Below are positions 63,080 to 64,000 of a DNA stretch of 64,000 nucleotides, in pieces. The DNA comes from Hypanus sabinus (lineage: Eukaryota). Position numbers and translations under genes: made by a program. The notes under the pieces were generated by a model. The model saw only the letters and a program-made list of their open reading frames with translations, had not been told where the DNA came from and did no database searches. Each line of letters opens with the position of its first letter. Position 1 is the first letter of the stretch. The stretch lies in the NCBI RefSeq assembly GCF_030144855.1, contig NC_082709.1, forward strand, positions 28,644,001 through 28,708,000, given 5' to 3'.

Positions 63080-63480
63080 TTTTTCCAACTTCTGGTAATT
63101 TTCCCCTCGCTCTTTCCTCTTCTTCAATTTCCCATTCTCACCTCTTCCCCTCACCTGCCTATCACCAATCCCTGGTGCCCCTCTTCCTTCACTTTCTCCA
63201 ATGGTCCACTCTCTTCTCTTATCTGATTCCTTCTTCTCCTTTACCTTTTCACTATCACCTCTCAGCTTCTTACTTCATTACCACTTCCCCATCTATCACC
63301 TTCTAGCTCCTGTTCCTCCCCCACCTCCTTATCTGGGCATCCTCCACCTTCCTTTCCAGTTCTGATGAAGGGTCTCAGCCTGAAATATCAACTGTTTATT
63401 CATTTTCATAGATGCTGCCTGACCTGCTGAGCTCCTCCATCATCTTGTGGTTGTTGCTCTGGATTTCCAGGATCTCTTGT
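63080..63480 (+). mobile_element. Penelope-like element terminus with pyrimidine-rich tract
   Basis: C/T-rich tract, then CTGATGAAGGGTCTCAGCCTGAAA and GATGCTGCCTGACCTGCTGAG...CTGGATTTCCAG. Confidence 0.75.
63357..63394 (+). ncRNA. Minimal type-I hammerhead ribozyme motif (Penelope-associated)
   Basis: Stem I CAGTT/AACTG, core CTGATGA (63362-63368), stem II AGG/CCT, GAAA (63382-63385), cleavage triplet ATC. Confidence 0.7.
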
Positions 63481-63687
63481 GTTTGTTCTTGCTATTATTT
63501 TAGCAATCCCTTGCATTTGCCATCTGTGTCTGCAATAATTAACACATTGGCCACTTTAACTGCTCATTCATATGAAATCCTGTTCATTTTGTGGGCTTGC
63601 AGAACCCAATTTGAAACCTCTCAATTTGAGTCAGAGACAAAGTCTCAATCATCAGAGTCCTTTTCTCCAACGTGGAAATGCTAAATA

Positions 63688-63962
63688 CCAGAGCGCATAA
63701 AATTAAGGTGAGGGGGAAAGTTTAAAGCAGTGTTTTGAGGCAAGTTGTTTTGCACAGTGGAAGTGGTTGGTGCTTCTCAGGTGAAGCTGTGGAAGCAGAT
63801 ATCATGACAAACTTTAAGAGACATTTAGGTTGACACATGAACAGACAGCAGATGAAGGGGCAAAGACCATGTGCAAACAGATGTGATTAGTTTAAAGCAA
63901 CATTACAGTTGGTTCAGACATCGTGGGCTGATGGGCCTGTGTCTGCGTACTGTTGTTCTATG
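63688..63962 (+). mobile_element. CR1-type LINE 3' fragment
   Basis: AAGGTGAGGGGGAAAGTTTAAAG...GGAAGCAGATA...TTTAAGAGACATTTAG...GTGGGCTGATGGGCCTGT...TTCTATG. Confidence 0.75.
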
Positions 63963-64000
63963 AAAGAAAGGCATGCTAATATTTTTCACAGTAATTCTAT

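Noticed and set aside
1-64000. CRISPR arrays, tRNA, rRNA or prokaryotic systems
   Set aside because: None seen; this is vertebrate genomic DNA with spliceosomal introns.

Overview
This window is the 3' (anterior) half of a vertebrate HoxD cluster, all on the + strand: HoxD5, mir-10b, HoxD4, HoxD3, HoxD2, HoxD1. Intact HoxD5 and HoxD2, no intact Hox6/Hox7 in the first 8 kb, and the repeat types point to a cartilaginous fish, probably an elasmobranch. All five genes have two coding exons, a phase-1 intron and clean spliced ORFs. The cluster body (1 to ~54 kb) has no recognisable transposons. It carries four DR5 retinoic-acid response elements, a recurring CCAAT+E-box promoter module and several Hox-type non-coding elements. 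From ~54.4 kb the sequence is dominated by decayed retroelements: CR1 fragments, a TSD-flanked Rex1/Babar LINE nested in an older CR1, a DeuSINE-like relic and Penelope-like termini, one with a minimal hammerhead ribozyme. Best leads, all hypotheses: (1) two gene-less promoters each followed by a 17-codon phase-1 mini-ORF ending at a GTAAGT donor, plus a 27-nt frame-preserving Trp-encoding microexon, which could splice in frame onto homeobox exons; (2) a possible deletion-riddled Hox7 homeobox relic at ~0.95-1.06 kb; (3) a GC-rich multi-stem fold-back between HoxD3 and HoxD2; (4) a Hoxa1-type 3' RARE at HoxD1. Family assignments come from recalled motifs, not database searches.
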